36,826 nucleotides of DNA from an uncultured Muribaculaceae bacterium (GTDB lineage: Bacteria > Bacillota_I > Bacilli_A > RF39 > UBA660): assembly GCA_964626795.1 (NCBI GenBank), contig CAZVIQ010000004.1, forward strand, positions 1-36,826, written 5' to 3'. The notes beneath the pieces are model-generated. The model worked only from the letters and a program-made list of their open reading frames with translations, searched no databases and was not told where the DNA came from. The translations under genes were made by a program, and so were the position numbers. Shown piece after piece: positions 36,708 to 36,826 of the stretch; the stretch's first letter is position 1; each line of letters begins with the position of its first letter.

Positions 36708-36826
36708 AATATCAAGTTTATTTTATGATAAAAAGCCTACTCTCTTATTAGATAATATCATTTTTATTATGTTTTGTTAATAAATTATATAAAAAAAGAG
36801 ATAATATATTTATCTTTCAACTTTAT

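Overview
This is a gene-dense, very AT-rich segment (roughly three quarters A+T by eye). It looks like the chromosome of a low-GC, endospore-forming Firmicute, probably Clostridia-like. The markers for that are a CotJC/Mn-catalase-like gene tail, a CotF-like gene pair, rubrerythrin, a CIRCE operator and a glmS ribozyme. I support about 40 CDSs, one tRNA-Asn(GTT) with its own consensus promoter, one glmS ribozyme, one CIRCE element and several sigma-A-like promoters and intrinsic terminators. Housekeeping genes are glyA, dxs, glmS, a RumA-type rRNA methyltransferase, a sufC/sufBD pair, rubrerythrin, hsp20, a CaCA antiporter, an NCS2 nucleobase permease and an ABC-2 exporter pair. I saw no CRISPR array, IS element, integrase or prophage gene.

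The most unusual content, in order:
1. A full-length but diverged GroEL paralogue is translationally coupled (ATGA overlaps) to the radical-SAM/DUF4130 'DNA modification/repair' gene pair.
2. A FeoA gene is coupled to a FeoB-like protein whose GTPase motifs are all degenerate.
3. Two tandem paralogous hybrid histidine kinases and a stand-alone Hpt protein occur with no response regulator in view.
4. A tight HAD / acyl-AMP ligase / PlsC-type acyltransferase operon resembles a split Aas system.
5. A stand-alone Clp/Hsp100 NBD1 module lacks the pore-loop tyrosine and is co-transcribed with glyA.

Smaller observations include a truncated copA, a mini WYL-like protein, an attenuator-like leader before the permease, three leaderless-looking genes and a start-less gene remnant beside the tRNA. 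All family assignments come from reading motifs by eye. No alignment, HMM or folding program was run.
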